Source of the DNA: Glycera tridactyla
Taxonomy: Eukaryota
Assembly (NCBI GenBank): GCA_965644265.1
Contig: OZ286472.1
Coordinates: 45,198,001-45,262,000, forward strand
Length of the DNA: 64,000 nt
Direction: 5' to 3'
The notes under the pieces are model-generated. The model did no database searches. It saw only the letters and a program-made list of their open reading frames with translations, and was not told the DNA's origin. The stretch's first letter is position 1. Each line of letters starts with the position of its first letter. A program made the position numbers and the translations under genes. Below, piece after piece: positions 1-12,134 of this stretch.

Positions 1-621
1 AATGCTAAAATCATTGGCCTGTTTCATTAACCATTCTTATATCGATAACCATGATGGATATGTAATCTATGATTTTAATTCCTCTTCATCATCAATGACA
101 TTACTGGGTGACCAGGGAAAAGCGTCAATTGATTCATGAAGCACCGGGAGGCCGTTCCATCATACAATCATACAATCAAGTTGGAATTATCAGTGTTCTT
201 CCATGCTACTCGCCCTAAGATCGCCGAACAAACACTTTTATATTTTGCCAGGACTGATCCCCACAAGAATCCAATTGTATCAAGCCTGTGTGGTGGACCC
301 AGTCACGAAACGGAAAAGTTCTATACGGGTATTGTAGGTTAGTTGACACATCTTTGCCAACTGAAGTATGATCACTCGGACAGTCTCTTGACTCAATATA
401 TGACACGACTCGATTGATCACAGTTCGGAAACACATTTGTGCTATAGAAAAAGCTTGAAATCAGTGCCCGTGTGATAACCAATCTCTCGCCAGAATTGTT
501 GGTGGTGGTAACAACAGGGACTATCGCCTGGATTACAAGCTACTCCTTGAAGTCAAATATAGATTGCAGTGATATGAGAACATCGAAAACTGAACAATTC
601 ATCCTCATCCTCCACCTACCA

Positions 622-625
<4 letters not shown>

Positions 626-692
<67 letters not shown>
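626..692. repeat. Compound microsatellite (CT)n-(AT)n
   Basis: Directly visible dinucleotide runs. Confidence 0.95.
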
Positions 693-694
<2 letters not shown>

Positions 695-1853
695 TGGTAA
701 CAGATTCCTGCTCTTTGTGTAGGTGAGAAATCCACACCTCCCCCGCTAGTGTCGGAGCCTCCGTGTGGTGGTGTCAGTGCTCCCTACTTGTTGTGTCTGC
801 AGAATCGTGTTGCTACAATCTGAAGTGGATGGAGATGTAAGCAGGCACGTGTGTTGTGTTCTCGGCCTGAAGTATAGCCCTGGGCCTGCGGATGGTCTCG
901 GCCTTGTTTGAGGAATGGCTTCAATACATCCTGATTGTTTCTCGACCTTCAACATGTAGGTTACGATAAATTACGAACTAGGATGTTACTGAATCGATAT
1001 TGTGGTGATTGCATCAACAGGATGACTACATATTCTGAAATACATTTCGCATACAATCATGGAAGTGGACTTATTCACGTGCCCCCCCCCCAAGTCATAG
1101 TATTATCGCATTGTGAGCCACTCATAATAGCGACCAGCTAAATAGAATATCCTGGTGCCGAATGACATGGACAGGTTTGATTCATGAATGAGTTGGTTCT
1201 TGGTGCAGCTCACAGATCGATCGTTGAATCAATCAATTATTCAATCAATCATTCAATCGACCAACCAATCATCCAGTCGGTTGGCCAGCCAATTTGCCTG
1301 GCAAGTGTGCATGCGTTTTTTAGAATCCCGCCCAGACGAAGTTTTGAAGTGGCTATATTGGAGTCACGCTGTTTGTCATTCGGTTGGTTGATCACTTGGT
1401 CGATTGGTCAGTTGGTCGGTCGGTCGGTCGATCTGCAAAATTGTGTCCTGTGTACTACTTCTCAAGCTATTGGATTGAAACTTGAAATGTGTCATCACCA
1501 TGCACTGTGGATTTGCAAGATAGACTTTTCATGCAGATTGACCCTCACATTCTAAAGTTGTTCGAGAAAAAGAAAAGCTTTTTGTTCTGTCTGTGGGTGT
1601 ATGCTTGTATATTCGAGTTTTATATTCTTTGAGAGAGCCAAAATCGATGAGGCTCATCAATTGTCTGTATTGTGTGAGGCCTCTCACACTCCCCTTGACC
1701 TTCCTTTTATTCACATGTAAGGTTCTCCGGTGATAGACATTCTTCTGATATTCTTCTATATGACTGTTGTTGATCCCGTTTATTTCTCTCCACAAGCACA
1801 TAGCACACGCTATTCCCTTCCCTCAACACACACACACACACATGCATGCACAA

Positions 1854-2034
1854 ACATGGTCAAACCTGCTCAAGTGACCACCTCTCTGTAGAGACCACCT
1901 GCCTAAAGATGTCACCCCGAGCTGCAACCTTGATACTATTTTCAACAGTGAATGACCTCTATAAAAAACCACCTGTCCATAAAGGCCAAATGTTGGTGCG
2001 GAAAGTGGTAGCCTTTATAGACAGATTGGCTGTA
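1854..2034. mobile_element. Degenerate Tc1/mariner-pogo-like MITE
   Basis: Left end ..GGTCAAACCTGCTCAAGTGACCACC; right end GTGGTAGCCTTTATAGACAGATTGGCTGTA (revcomp TACAGCCAATCTGTCTATAAAGGCTACCAC). Imperfect TIRs of TACAGT type; internal repeated ACCACCT motifs. Confidence 0.55.
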
Positions 2035-2157
2035 CCTTGACCATATTGCATACATTCTTGGTATCAAAGTGGTGGCAGGGCATTTTTCATCACTTCTTTG
2101 ACAAAGCTTTAGTTTGAAATCTCTGCCAGCGGCTGAAGATCTATTTGCTGTCAAAAG

Positions 2158-2300
2158 GCTTTTCGACCTACGAACGAACCGAATATAGGGGGCATACTGG
2201 ATTCAGTCTGTCCATCTGTCCATCCGTCTGTCCATTTGTCCCTATGTGGACTACTCATGGGGGTAGTTGTGGAAAGACATATCTTTTCTACCCTGCCACA
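2158..2300 (+). mobile_element. Helentron-associated (HINE/DINE-1-like) non-autonomous element remnant
   Basis: ..GAATATAGGGGGCATACTGGATTCAG followed by (GTCCATCT/GTCC)n microsatellite, the typical layout of HINE 5' regions; recognised by pattern only. Confidence 0.45.
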
Positions 2301-4000
2301 TCTGAGTATTGCAATTTGTTGGATTTTACATGCATTTTTTGACATTTTTTGAAACAGCCAAACTTCACCAGGTCCATCAACTCTGAATCGTGTGAGACCT
2401 ATCTGTAATGAATGACACTTCTCTTGGCTTTGCTTTCATTGCTATGTAAGATTCTCTAGTCATTGACAACCTCTGTTGTTCTTACCTATGTTATGTGACA
2501 CCTTTTAGGAAGGTACAACTATTCTGAAGTTCATTCATTATGAATGGCGTTGATTTGATCTTCTCCTTTGCTCTCTCCTCGGCCACGAGCACACATCGCA
2601 TTCTCTTCTCCATGTGTGTGTGTGGGGGGGGGGGGGGTGTATGTGTTTGTGTGGGTGCATGCAAGCTACATCGCTACCTGTGGGTATTCAATGGCCATCA
2701 ANNNNNNNNNNNNNNNNNNNNNNNNNNNNNNNNNNNNNNNNNNNNNNNNNNNNNNNNNNNNNNNNNNNNNNNNNNNNNNNNNNNNNNNNNNNNNNNNNNN
2801 NNNNNNNNNNNNNNNNNNNNNNNNNNNNNNNNNNNNNNNNNNNNNNNNNNNNNNNNNNNNNNNNNNNNNNNNNNNNNNNNNNNNNNNNNNNNNNNNNNNN
2901 NNNNNGCATGAAACTCACTGAAAGGCCCACTTGTACTCTTCATTTCCCCCAAACAAAAGAGGTGAACTGTGTAAGAAAGCCAAGACATCTTGTCAGCCAG
3001 ATCTTTCTCCGCAGAAAAATGCTCAGCGATACAAATTAGGTACCCTTGTTATTGTGGTTGTTCGGCGAATTGGACGGGGGCAAAATAGTTTATGAACGAG
3101 ACAGGATTGAATGGTTTTCTCTTGTTCGACAAACAGGTATACCTCGAGTAGAATGAAAACTGGCAGATGATGGATGGATGGTTTCCAGAAGCAACCAGCC
3201 TCGGTATTATGCTGAGGTCGCTTTCAGAATCATGCGGGGTATCCTGCGTTGTATATTTGTGTCAAGAAGCGCAGTGGCAAGGATAACTCATACTGGGTTC
3301 ACATTCCGAGATCAATTTCCATGGTGGCAAAAACATAGATCATTCTTGATTGTTTCAACTGCCGCCGATCGTTCACTTTCACCTTTCGGACAACTAGAAT
3401 CATCCCGATACAATGCAGGTTGCATGGTACTTTCAACCCCAAAGTTATAAAGAAAACTGACGAGATATTATCTTTCTCTGTTCTCATTGTGAGACGGAAC
3501 TACAAGGTAACCATAAAATGTTGGTCACTGCCAAAGACAACAGTGAGGATGCTGGGCTGAGCTCCGCATGAAGAATGGTAGGAGAATTGGCAGGGTCGGA
3601 TGGGCGTTGTTTCATTGTTTTGTCTATTTGAAAGCTCAGACAATTAATATTCGAGACAATACAATTGATGGAATGTCATACATTCGTGCAAATTCACATT
3701 TCTATATAAGTCGAAATTGTTCAGCAATATTTCTCCTCATAATCCGCATCCATCGTTTCAGAGCGAAAATAGAGAGATATCATCACTTATCTCGAATTTG
3801 ATCTAAAGTGTCATACATGTTTGTTTGCGATTCCAAAAAAAGCAATTTCTGGAATGGTGCCACCTCTCAGATGCGCTGGCTGATTCACTAGCATCAACGA
3901 AGATGACAGGCACCTGCTATGTTTCATCTTGACTACCCTGAAGAAATTAGCGTAAATATTTTATAACGTATAGGAGTCATACACTGCCTCCATTCCTGCT

Positions 4001-4038
4001 TCATCATCATGATCATCATGATCATCATGATCATCATG

Positions 4039-4099
<61 letters not shown>
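4001..4099. repeat. (ATC)n microsatellite
   Basis: Direct observation; source of spurious poly-M/poly-D ORFs. Confidence 0.95.
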
Positions 4100-4183
4100 C
4101 GACGTGGCAGACACAAACGCGGACATACACAAACGCAGCAGATTAATCCTCCAATACACACGCAGGCAGATAGGCAGATGGAC

Positions 4184-4186
<3 letters not shown>

Positions 4187-4272
<86 letters not shown>
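4187..4272. repeat. (GA)n microsatellite
   Basis: Direct observation. Confidence 0.95.
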
Positions 4273-4273
<1 letters not shown>

Positions 4274-6939
4274 GGATAGACATACACACAGTCAGACCAT
4301 CAGACAGTCTTCTCGCCCAGTCATGATCTTGCGCCGGACATGCCTATGGAAATGTTTGACATGACCCATCGCCTAATAAGTGAGCAGTTTCTTTTGTGCA
4401 ATTCACCTCGATCGTCAACTGAGGGAGTTTCCTTAAAAACATGCGGAATACACTCCTACGGTCTGAAGTGTCTATATTGTACAATGATATGTTAATATCT
4501 ATCCATGTATTTACATGGTGGTTTGCATGATGGCATCGGGTGAATGTCACTCGTGTTGTTTCATGGTGGGATACCTTTTTTGGAATGTACCGTAACACAC
4601 TACTTGAAATGCATTCGACGGAAGCCATTTCCTCAATCGTGGAATCATTTCTCTCCTCAACGATCAGAGGATCTTGAGCATCTTTACATATCCTGGCAAT
4701 TGAATGGCAGCTGTGTTCTATTTTGTTCGTGAAAAACCTGATTATGTTATGCACGGACAATAAAGGCATATCTCGTGTCAAAATAAGCCAACGTGTGAGT
4801 GGCTTGACTATAAAACAGATCAAGGTGAAGGGCAGGACGGTGATAATGGAGAATACGAAAACGTGTACTGGGATTGGTTTGGGGGTGTTGGGGTTCTATC
4901 TTGGTTTCCAGCAACAGGTGGATTTTGTTGAGATATTTTGCTATCTAGCGTATCAGCATGTGATAACTCCTCATGATCTGTACTTGACTGAATATGAATT
5001 AGGAGATATAGTGTTGTTTTCATGTTTTGATATTGTGATACTTGTATATCTATGTACGCCACTCAATCGAGGTGCGGGGCTTTTCAACACATCGACCATG
5101 TGGAAATAAAGATTATGACATGTCATCATGTCTATATGTGCCAATGTTCGTGGTAGCAGCTGCTTGCAACTGTTGCCAACAAGTCTTGACATAACAAATT
5201 AGCGAGATGTTTTGTAAATGCAAATACAGAAGTTTTATCAACTCGGCCACGGTTCTAGTATTCTTGAATGCCCGAATTTTTGTGGTGGCGATAAAGACTG
5301 TTTTTCGGAGTGGCTAATCTTACTGGGGACGCTCATCAATTTCAATTTGGTGAGTGGAAGAATATGTAACCAACACTAACGTGCTGTTTGAGAGGAGGGA
5401 TTGGTGGGTAGGTAGTTATATAACTGTTTGGAATTCAGTCTGGCTCATCTGGATTTTGTTGGGCTTTAACTCTGACTGGGTACAATCTTTTTGTTCATTC
5501 CTGGCCCTGGAAAAAGAGATACAAGGTAAAAAAAATGTATATCTCTAATAGCCCCTGTCTGAAGAAATCCCGTGATACCAACTCGTACAATATAAAATCA
5601 TCCAATATTTTAGCTTGTTTGTAGACGATTGGTATCATTACAGCATTGAGCAGTTGCCCGAGTTCCGAATAGGGTGGAGAAAACCGGCCCTGTTCTGAGG
5701 TTATGCGTGGGCTACTCCTCTTATAACTCAAGGAAGATGGGGTGAACAGCTGCCTGGCTTCAGTATAAAACAGCGGCTGTGTGGGCTGAAGGATATACTG
5801 TGTGTATATGTGTGTGCGTGTAATATACACTAGACAAAACATGTGCTTCTAATTATAATTAACGCCCTCAACTAACTCATCTAATCTTCACTATATAGAG
5901 GCTGATTTAATCTGTACAGAAACATCAACATGACCATTGCCTGCATACTATTATTCACACTTATCTCCTGTTTGAACATTTTTGCGAATCGAGGCGGAAA
6001 GGTATGAATACGACTGTAATCTTGGACCGACACCACCCAATTCATTTCGGGCTGGCACGAACACAACACTCATAGCGCATCAGATGTTTGAACTGAAACC
6101 AACATTATTCATGGTTTTTCAAGTATATGCATTGACATCAGAGATGCAACGATATTGGATTGGTCTTGCAGAAAAGCAAGTCTTACATTGGAAGCAATCC
6201 AGCATGCGATCTTCTGTTGTCTACCATTGAGGCATATCCTCATTCAATGATATTCGAGGAGATTAGCAAGCACCGTCATGTTTTTTCTTCTTTTTTTTTG
6301 TGTTTGTCCTACAAAGCATGTAAGATGATTTATCAATTGCTTTTCTGAATAAAGTTTCTTCAATTTCAATTTCTCATGTAAATACATCGGACCACCTAAT
6401 CAGGTTGCACCGTTGCAGATCCAGGCAAATTCTCTGCATCGGAAGTGAAAGAATCATGTTATATGAAAGTACAAGATATCGGATATGTTTCTAAGTGATT
6501 TCTGGATTCGAGCTTTTTTGAATCAGGCCCTGATTTGTCACTTAAATGTCCGTGAATATCAAGTACCTCGGCGAAACTTAGAGCTGATTCCAGGTAGCAA
6601 ACGCCCATCCAACCCCCAACCCTCGCTCATAAACGCACATGCTTTATTGTTGTTTATATGTTTCCAGGCGTGCTGCCAGGTGAAAACGGCCTTCTGATCA
6701 CCCATGCCCTCCTCTCCATGAGAGAAGAGTGTTCCAGGCCATATTCTACAGCTCCCATACACAGTCTCATCACAATGTGATGATGGAGATTGTTGACACA
6801 GCTCGAAAAAAATGCCGAATGTGGAGATTTCCACGTTTGTATGAAGCAAAGAAAGGGATGACACGTGGTTCAGACACGGGGTGACTGCTTCAAATGTGGA
6901 GATAATAGTTACGCGTTTCTGAAATGACAACTCGCGATG

Positions 6940-7660
6940 GTGATATCAGAGGTTGACTATGGTGCTTGAGCATGATGGTAGTGGAGGGGGACCATGGTGG
7001 TGGTGATGATTGTGGATCTTGCTGATGGTGGCGATAGTGGAACATGTTGGTGTGGTGGCGTTTTATGGTGATCGTGAAGGGGGGTGATGTGGACCGTTGG
7101 GTCCTGATCAAGGTGTATCATGGTAGTGGTGGTGGACTATGGTGGTGGTGGTGGTGGTAGTGGTGGTGGTGGTAGTGGTGGTGGTGGTGGTGGTGGTGGT
7201 GGTGGTGGTGGTGGTGGTGGTGGTGGTGGTGGTGGATCATGATATGGGTTGGGCGATGTGTGGTGGATCATGATGGTGATATCTGATGTTGATCACGGCG
7301 CTTGAGCATGAGGGGGTTTGAGGTGGACCATGGTGGGGGTGTTGGAGGTGGACCATGGTGGTGGCGCTGGATCACGGTGGATCATGGTGTTGGTGTTGAT
7401 GGCGGTGGTGGGGATGGTGGTGTACCAGGCTGGTGGTGGCGATGGTGGACCTTGTTGGTGTGGTGGGGGTTGACGGTGATCATGAAGGGGTGACGGTGTG
7501 CTGATGATGGACCATGGGGTACTGGTCAAGGTGTATCATGGTAGTGGTGGACAATGCTGGTGGTTGAGGCTGGAGGCGATCAACCATGATGGATGTGGTG
7601 AAGGATTTGCCATGATGTAGTGGGTGCATGACCATAGCGGTAGTGGTTTCGGTGGACCAT
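6940..7660. repeat. GGT-rich low-complexity region with a degenerate internal duplication
   Basis: (GGT)n run at ~7120-7235; motifs GCTTGAGCATGA and CAAGGTGTATCATGGTAGTGGTGG occur twice (~6960-7135 and ~7300-7550). Confidence 0.85.
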
Positions 7661-7844
7661 GATGGTCTCTTGACAGTCACGTGTATCTGATAAATCCACC
7701 CGTGGAGGCCATGTGAACATTGACACCTGCAGACCACACACCACATAGCGATATACAATCATTTTGGACCACAGCCTGATTTTGTATTCATTTTTTTTGT
7801 TTTTTGTTTTATAACATTATTTTTATTCGTTCAACTACAATTAG

Positions 7845-7870
7845 ATACAAAAAGTATGCTTTTTCAGTAT
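7845..7870 (-). other. 3' UTR stem-loop of the LINE, just upstream of AATAAA
   Basis: Minus strand AUAC-UG-AAAAAG-CAUA-CUUUUU-GUAU: 10 bp stem with 2-nt bulge and tetraloop, ~20 nt before the polyA signal. Confidence 0.55.
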
Positions 7871-8014
7871 GACAAAAACATATGTACATACAATCAAATA
7901 TGATTCAATGGTGATGAGGTGAACTATGTACAGATTGGCTGACATGCTGGTGAGATGGATGAAAATGGGATGATACAATGATGTGACCATTCCTCGCGTT
8001 ATTGGTGACATGTT

Positions 8015-9847
8015 TTACAATTCCAAATATCTCAGTTCCTTCAAAAATCTCTTAAAGGGGGCAGGGTCCATATTTTCTATTTCAGGCTGCTCTATAACAA
8101 ATTTATTCCATCCTTTTGAGGCACGTTGACGGAAACACTTATTACTTATTGTATATTTTACCTTTTCAACCTTTAACAGAGGCCGAGATGCTGCACGTGT
8201 GTTATGTCCATGTTCAATTGTATCATATTGACATATTGGTTTAGATGTGGTTTTACCATATAGTGAGTTTTTCACAAAAATCAGATCATGGTCATTTCTT
8301 CTATCTATAAGCCGCTGGACTTTTAATTCTTTATGGAGTAGTTCAGAACTACATCTTTTCGGTTTCTTTGAGATACATCTCAGTGCAGCATTTTGGGTTT
8401 TTTGAAGGGTGTCATTGTCACGCTGACATAGGTTGTTAAAGGTAATATCTCCATAATCAAACAATGGCAGTATGAGTGAGCGATATAACATTAATGCTGT
8501 TTCCGTTGTTATGATCGGTCTCAGTCTTGATAGAACCCCAATTCTGCCCATAGCCTTTGTTCTGACATATGCAACATGATTTTTGAAGCTGAGATATTTG
8601 TCGATCATGATCCCCAGGTATTTCATACATTCTACCTGTTCAATGACTCCATCATTAAATTCAAATTTTCCGTATTCAAACTTGTTGATTTTTGTTCTTA
8701 TACCTGCTATCATTACTTTTGTTTTTGCTGTGTTTAGGGACAATTTGTTTGATCTCATCCACTGTGAGACTAAATTTAAGATGTTATTTATATTTCTTTG
8801 CATGATAACCGGGGAGTCAGATCGAATACTAATGGCGGTGTCGTCGGCATATAAATATGTACTCATCAGTATATCACTCGAAGCAGATGGAGATATTGGT
8901 GATGAAGTTGTGGCATTCCTCAAGTAATATGCCAGATCATTTATATATATACAAAAAAGCAATGGACCTAGTATTGAGCCTTGAGGAACGCCACAAGATA
9001 CAGATAATTTGCTAGACGATACAGAATTCACCGATGTTTCGCACCATCTATCATGCGGGTAGCTGGAGAGGCAGTTGATGGATGAATTGTCAAGACCATA
9101 GTATGTCAATTTTCGTATGAGAAGCGCATGATCCACCGTGTCGAAAGCCTTCTTTAGGTCCAAAAAGACGGTTCCAGTGGAACACCCCTGCTCTATTCCT
9201 TCATAGATATTATCAAGGAACTCGAGCAGGCACGTTCCAGTGGAACGACCCTTTCTGAACCCTGACTGCTCCTGACACAGTAGGTTCATGCGCTCCACAT
9301 AGTCATACAACTGAGTATGGAGAACAAGCTCAAAGATTTTACTTGCTGACGATAATAAACTTATCGGTCTATAATTATTGGGATTAGTATGATCTCCATC
9401 CTTGTATAATGGAATAATAGTTGCCATCTTCCACAGTTTTGGAAAGCTACCCTTTGTTATACACATGTTCACAATGTGGGTTAGTAACGGTGCAATACAT
9501 TGTATACATTGTATTAAAACTCAAGAAGGGAGCCCGTCATCACGTCCTGCTTTGTCTGGTTTGATTTTTCGCATTATACTGGTCACTTCCTCTTCTGATA
9601 CTGTCTTAAATTCAAAAGTATCTTTATATTTAAAAGGAAAACTAGAGAGCGGATCAAGGTCAGTTTTTGAAATACCTTCAGAGAGCTTCTGACCAACATT
9701 TGCAAACTGTTCATTTAGCTTTTCTGATATCAGTTTAGGATCAGTGGAGTCATCAATCTTATTCATGACTGTCTTCTTTTTCCCTTTATTCCAAAATATT
9801 CTAATTGACTTCCACAGATTTTTTGGATCATTATTGTAGTTTATCAA
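8015..9847 (-). pseudogene. ORF2 C-terminal part: linker + reverse transcriptase, interrupted by one in-frame TGA at 9521-9523
   Basis: Motifs NYRPISLLS..KIFE, QSGFRKGRST, FLDLKKAFDTVDH, GVPQGSILGPLLFCIYINDL, YADD (8851-8840), KYLGIMID. ORFs 9521..9847 and 8015..9472 are in the same frame. Confidence 0.95.
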
Positions 9848-9851
9848 CTTT

Positions 9852-11045
9852 TCATCTAGGAAACCCTTTTTTTAGTTCCAATTTCAATTTTGCTACCTTT
9901 TCGACTAGGTCAATTTTCTTTTGGCGACTTTCCTCACATGGGTTCAATTTGTATTGATGACTAGCCCGTTCTCTATCCCTCACCAGATCAAGAAATTCCC
10001 CAGTTACCCATTCTGGGCAGTCTTCTCTTACTTTATATCTTTTTGATGGTATATTATTATTGATGATGGTATGCAGTTGCGTCGGAATACTCTCTGTTCC
10101 TTGATCTACATCTCCAATATTTAGGAGTGGAGTCCAGTCGTAAGTTTGAATTTCTTGTGCAATTTTCAAATAGTCCGCTTTTTCATAGTTTTTCAGAAAA
10201 GTATATGACAATTTACGTGATTGTCGGGCTCTCTTTCTCGTGTTATATATCAAACAGTGGTCGGACAACCCAGGATCGAAAGCACCTGCAACTTTATATT
10301 CTCGGGAGTTTGATATAAATATATGATCAATATTTGATTGTGACACATTTGTCACGCGAGTATTACATTGAATTAGTTGTTGCATGTCATTTTCTGAACA
10401 GAAGTCTTTGATCAGTCTTTTATTTGCTGGGTCTTTACTGATGTTAATATTATCATCTCCCAAGACCACAACGTCACAGGCTCCCTCAGTCCTTATATCC
10501 AGAATTTTGTTTTCTATTATTTCTAGTGCATTTCGAGGATTGCCTTTGGGCGGTCTATATATACCGCAGATATATGTGGGTTTTGTTCGTGGTAGAGATA
10601 ATTTTATCCATAAACATTCCAGGTCCTGATTACATAATGACCATTCTGGTATAGATTCCACAATTTGGTCTTCTCTGTAGTACAGTAATATGCCACCGCC
10701 TCCGCGTGCCCCTGATCCTCCGTCTTGGTCGTATCGAATTAGATTATAACCAGAAACTTGTAATTCATCAGAACATATTGAATTATTCAAAAATGTCTCA
10801 CCAAGTATTAGAATATTCAATTTGCTGTTCCACAATAAAAGTCTAATCTCATCCATTTTCCTGGTTACACTACGGATATTTAAGTATCCGATACTTACAC
10901 CTTTGAGTTTTTGCAATTCATTGGCACATGTGATTTTGACTTCTGGCGAAGGATCAACAGCAGTGGATGCAGTTTGATTCCACGTGGCGATTTGTATATT
11001 GCGAGGTTGGTCATGATTGATGATGAATGGATGAAATGAATTCAT
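9852..11045 (-). pseudogene. ORF2 N-terminal part: apurinic/apyrimidinic (EEP) endonuclease, frameshifted at ~9860-9875
   Basis: Motifs GYLNIRSV, LILGETFL, GGGILLY, GIYRPP, VLGDDNIN, IDHIF, SDHCLI. Frame shifts in the A7-G3-T3 run and resumes as FLDEKLINYNNDPKNLWKSI. Confidence 0.93.
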
Positions 11046-11130
11046 ACAATGACTAACTTTGTTAGCTTTACTTGACTATATTACAAATTTTAGAGAATTT
11101 AAATTTTAAGGTTTTGGCACAGCAGTCAAG

Positions 11131-11331
11131 TCAGTATCTTGCGATTTCAAGTATTCGATTTTCAATAGTAAATATGTATATACTAGGGTTGGGAGGATGG
11201 GGGTGGGGGGTGGTTTCTCTCAAGATGTCTAGTCTAGTTCTAAGGAATTTTTGTATTGATTTATAATATAGACAAGTATCCGTATCCGGGTATTCCAATT
11301 CGATAAATCTCACCTTGATGTGATTCACCAT
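11131..11331 (-). CDS. Small hypothetical ORF (66 aa) directly upstream of ORF2
   Basis: ATG at 11331, MVNHIKVRFIELEYPDTDTCLYYKSIQKFLRTRLDIL...; same strand as the element; no recognisable domain. Confidence 0.3.
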   Translation of the reverse strand: MVNHIKVRFIELEYPDTDTCLYYKSIQKFLRTRLDILRETTPHPHPPNPSIYIFTIENRILEIARY

Positions 11332-11495
11332 TTGTGATGATTTCAAGGCGTGTCAATTTCATACTTGTCACGCCTTGTCAGCATCCCTTCATCTCACATA
11401 AATTTCAGACGTCCTGTCCTCGTGACATATTATATAATTATATTTCGATATTTTAATGGATGAGACATAAAAGAGGTTCAACCCTGTATGTACTC

Positions 11496-11538
11496 TATGT
11501 GAATTCAGTCCCCTAAGGAGGTACTTTCTATTCACATA
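11496..11538 (-). ncRNA. Structured RNA motif, copy A (inter-ORF spacer)
   Basis: Perfect 9-bp outer stem UAUGUGAAU/AUUCACAUA enclosing AGAAAGUACCUC-CUUA-GGGGACUGA. Confidence 0.65.
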
Positions 11539-11953
11539 AGATTCCACAACATGGTGTCACCTACAGATTGTCCAGAGTCAACGACGGGACAGGCCATGGT
11601 CAGATGGTCCTTCATTCCGTCTATGACCCTCGATTATCTGTTTCAATTTGAAATATTTGCTTAAATTTCTTAATTTCACTTTACCTATTTTACATATATA
11701 ATTTGGGTTGTTTACTACTTTCGCAGTCTGCCAACACTGGTGTCAATGCTCCTGTAACATAAAATGCATTTGTGATTACACTGGCTGAAATACATATATG
11801 ATATTCATCAAGCACAAAACAAAAGTACCAATATGTCATGTGAGCTCGAGTCGGATTTCTCAAAGCAAATTATAGTGCGAAACCGAAATATATACCCAGA
11901 GGTATACGGCTTTAGTATCCAACATCGGATAGCCAGGCTCCTGCGGCATCAGT

Positions 11954-11994
11954 GGTCAAGTTCAGCCCCCGAATGAGGTACTTTCTACATGACC
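11954..11994 (-). ncRNA. Structured RNA motif, copy B (inter-ORF spacer)
   Basis: Outer stem GGUCAUGU/ACUUGACC (7 of 8 pairs) enclosing AGAAAGUACCUC-AUUC-GGGGGCUGA. Confidence 0.65.
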
Positions 11995-12134
11995 TCCAAT
12001 AGCCCAACCAGCATGGCCATCCCATGTTATATTGATACTATCTACCCAGAAGCAGGAATATCATTTTAATTCTTATATTTGTTACGATATGAATGACTTC
12101 ATTTTTCTTGACTTGAGCTTATGTGTGACTCCCT

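Noticed and set aside
11496-11994. Hammerhead ribozyme reading of the repeated motif (contains GAAA and CUGA)
   Set aside because: CUGA is not followed by NGA, and the putative stem I positions do not pair in either copy
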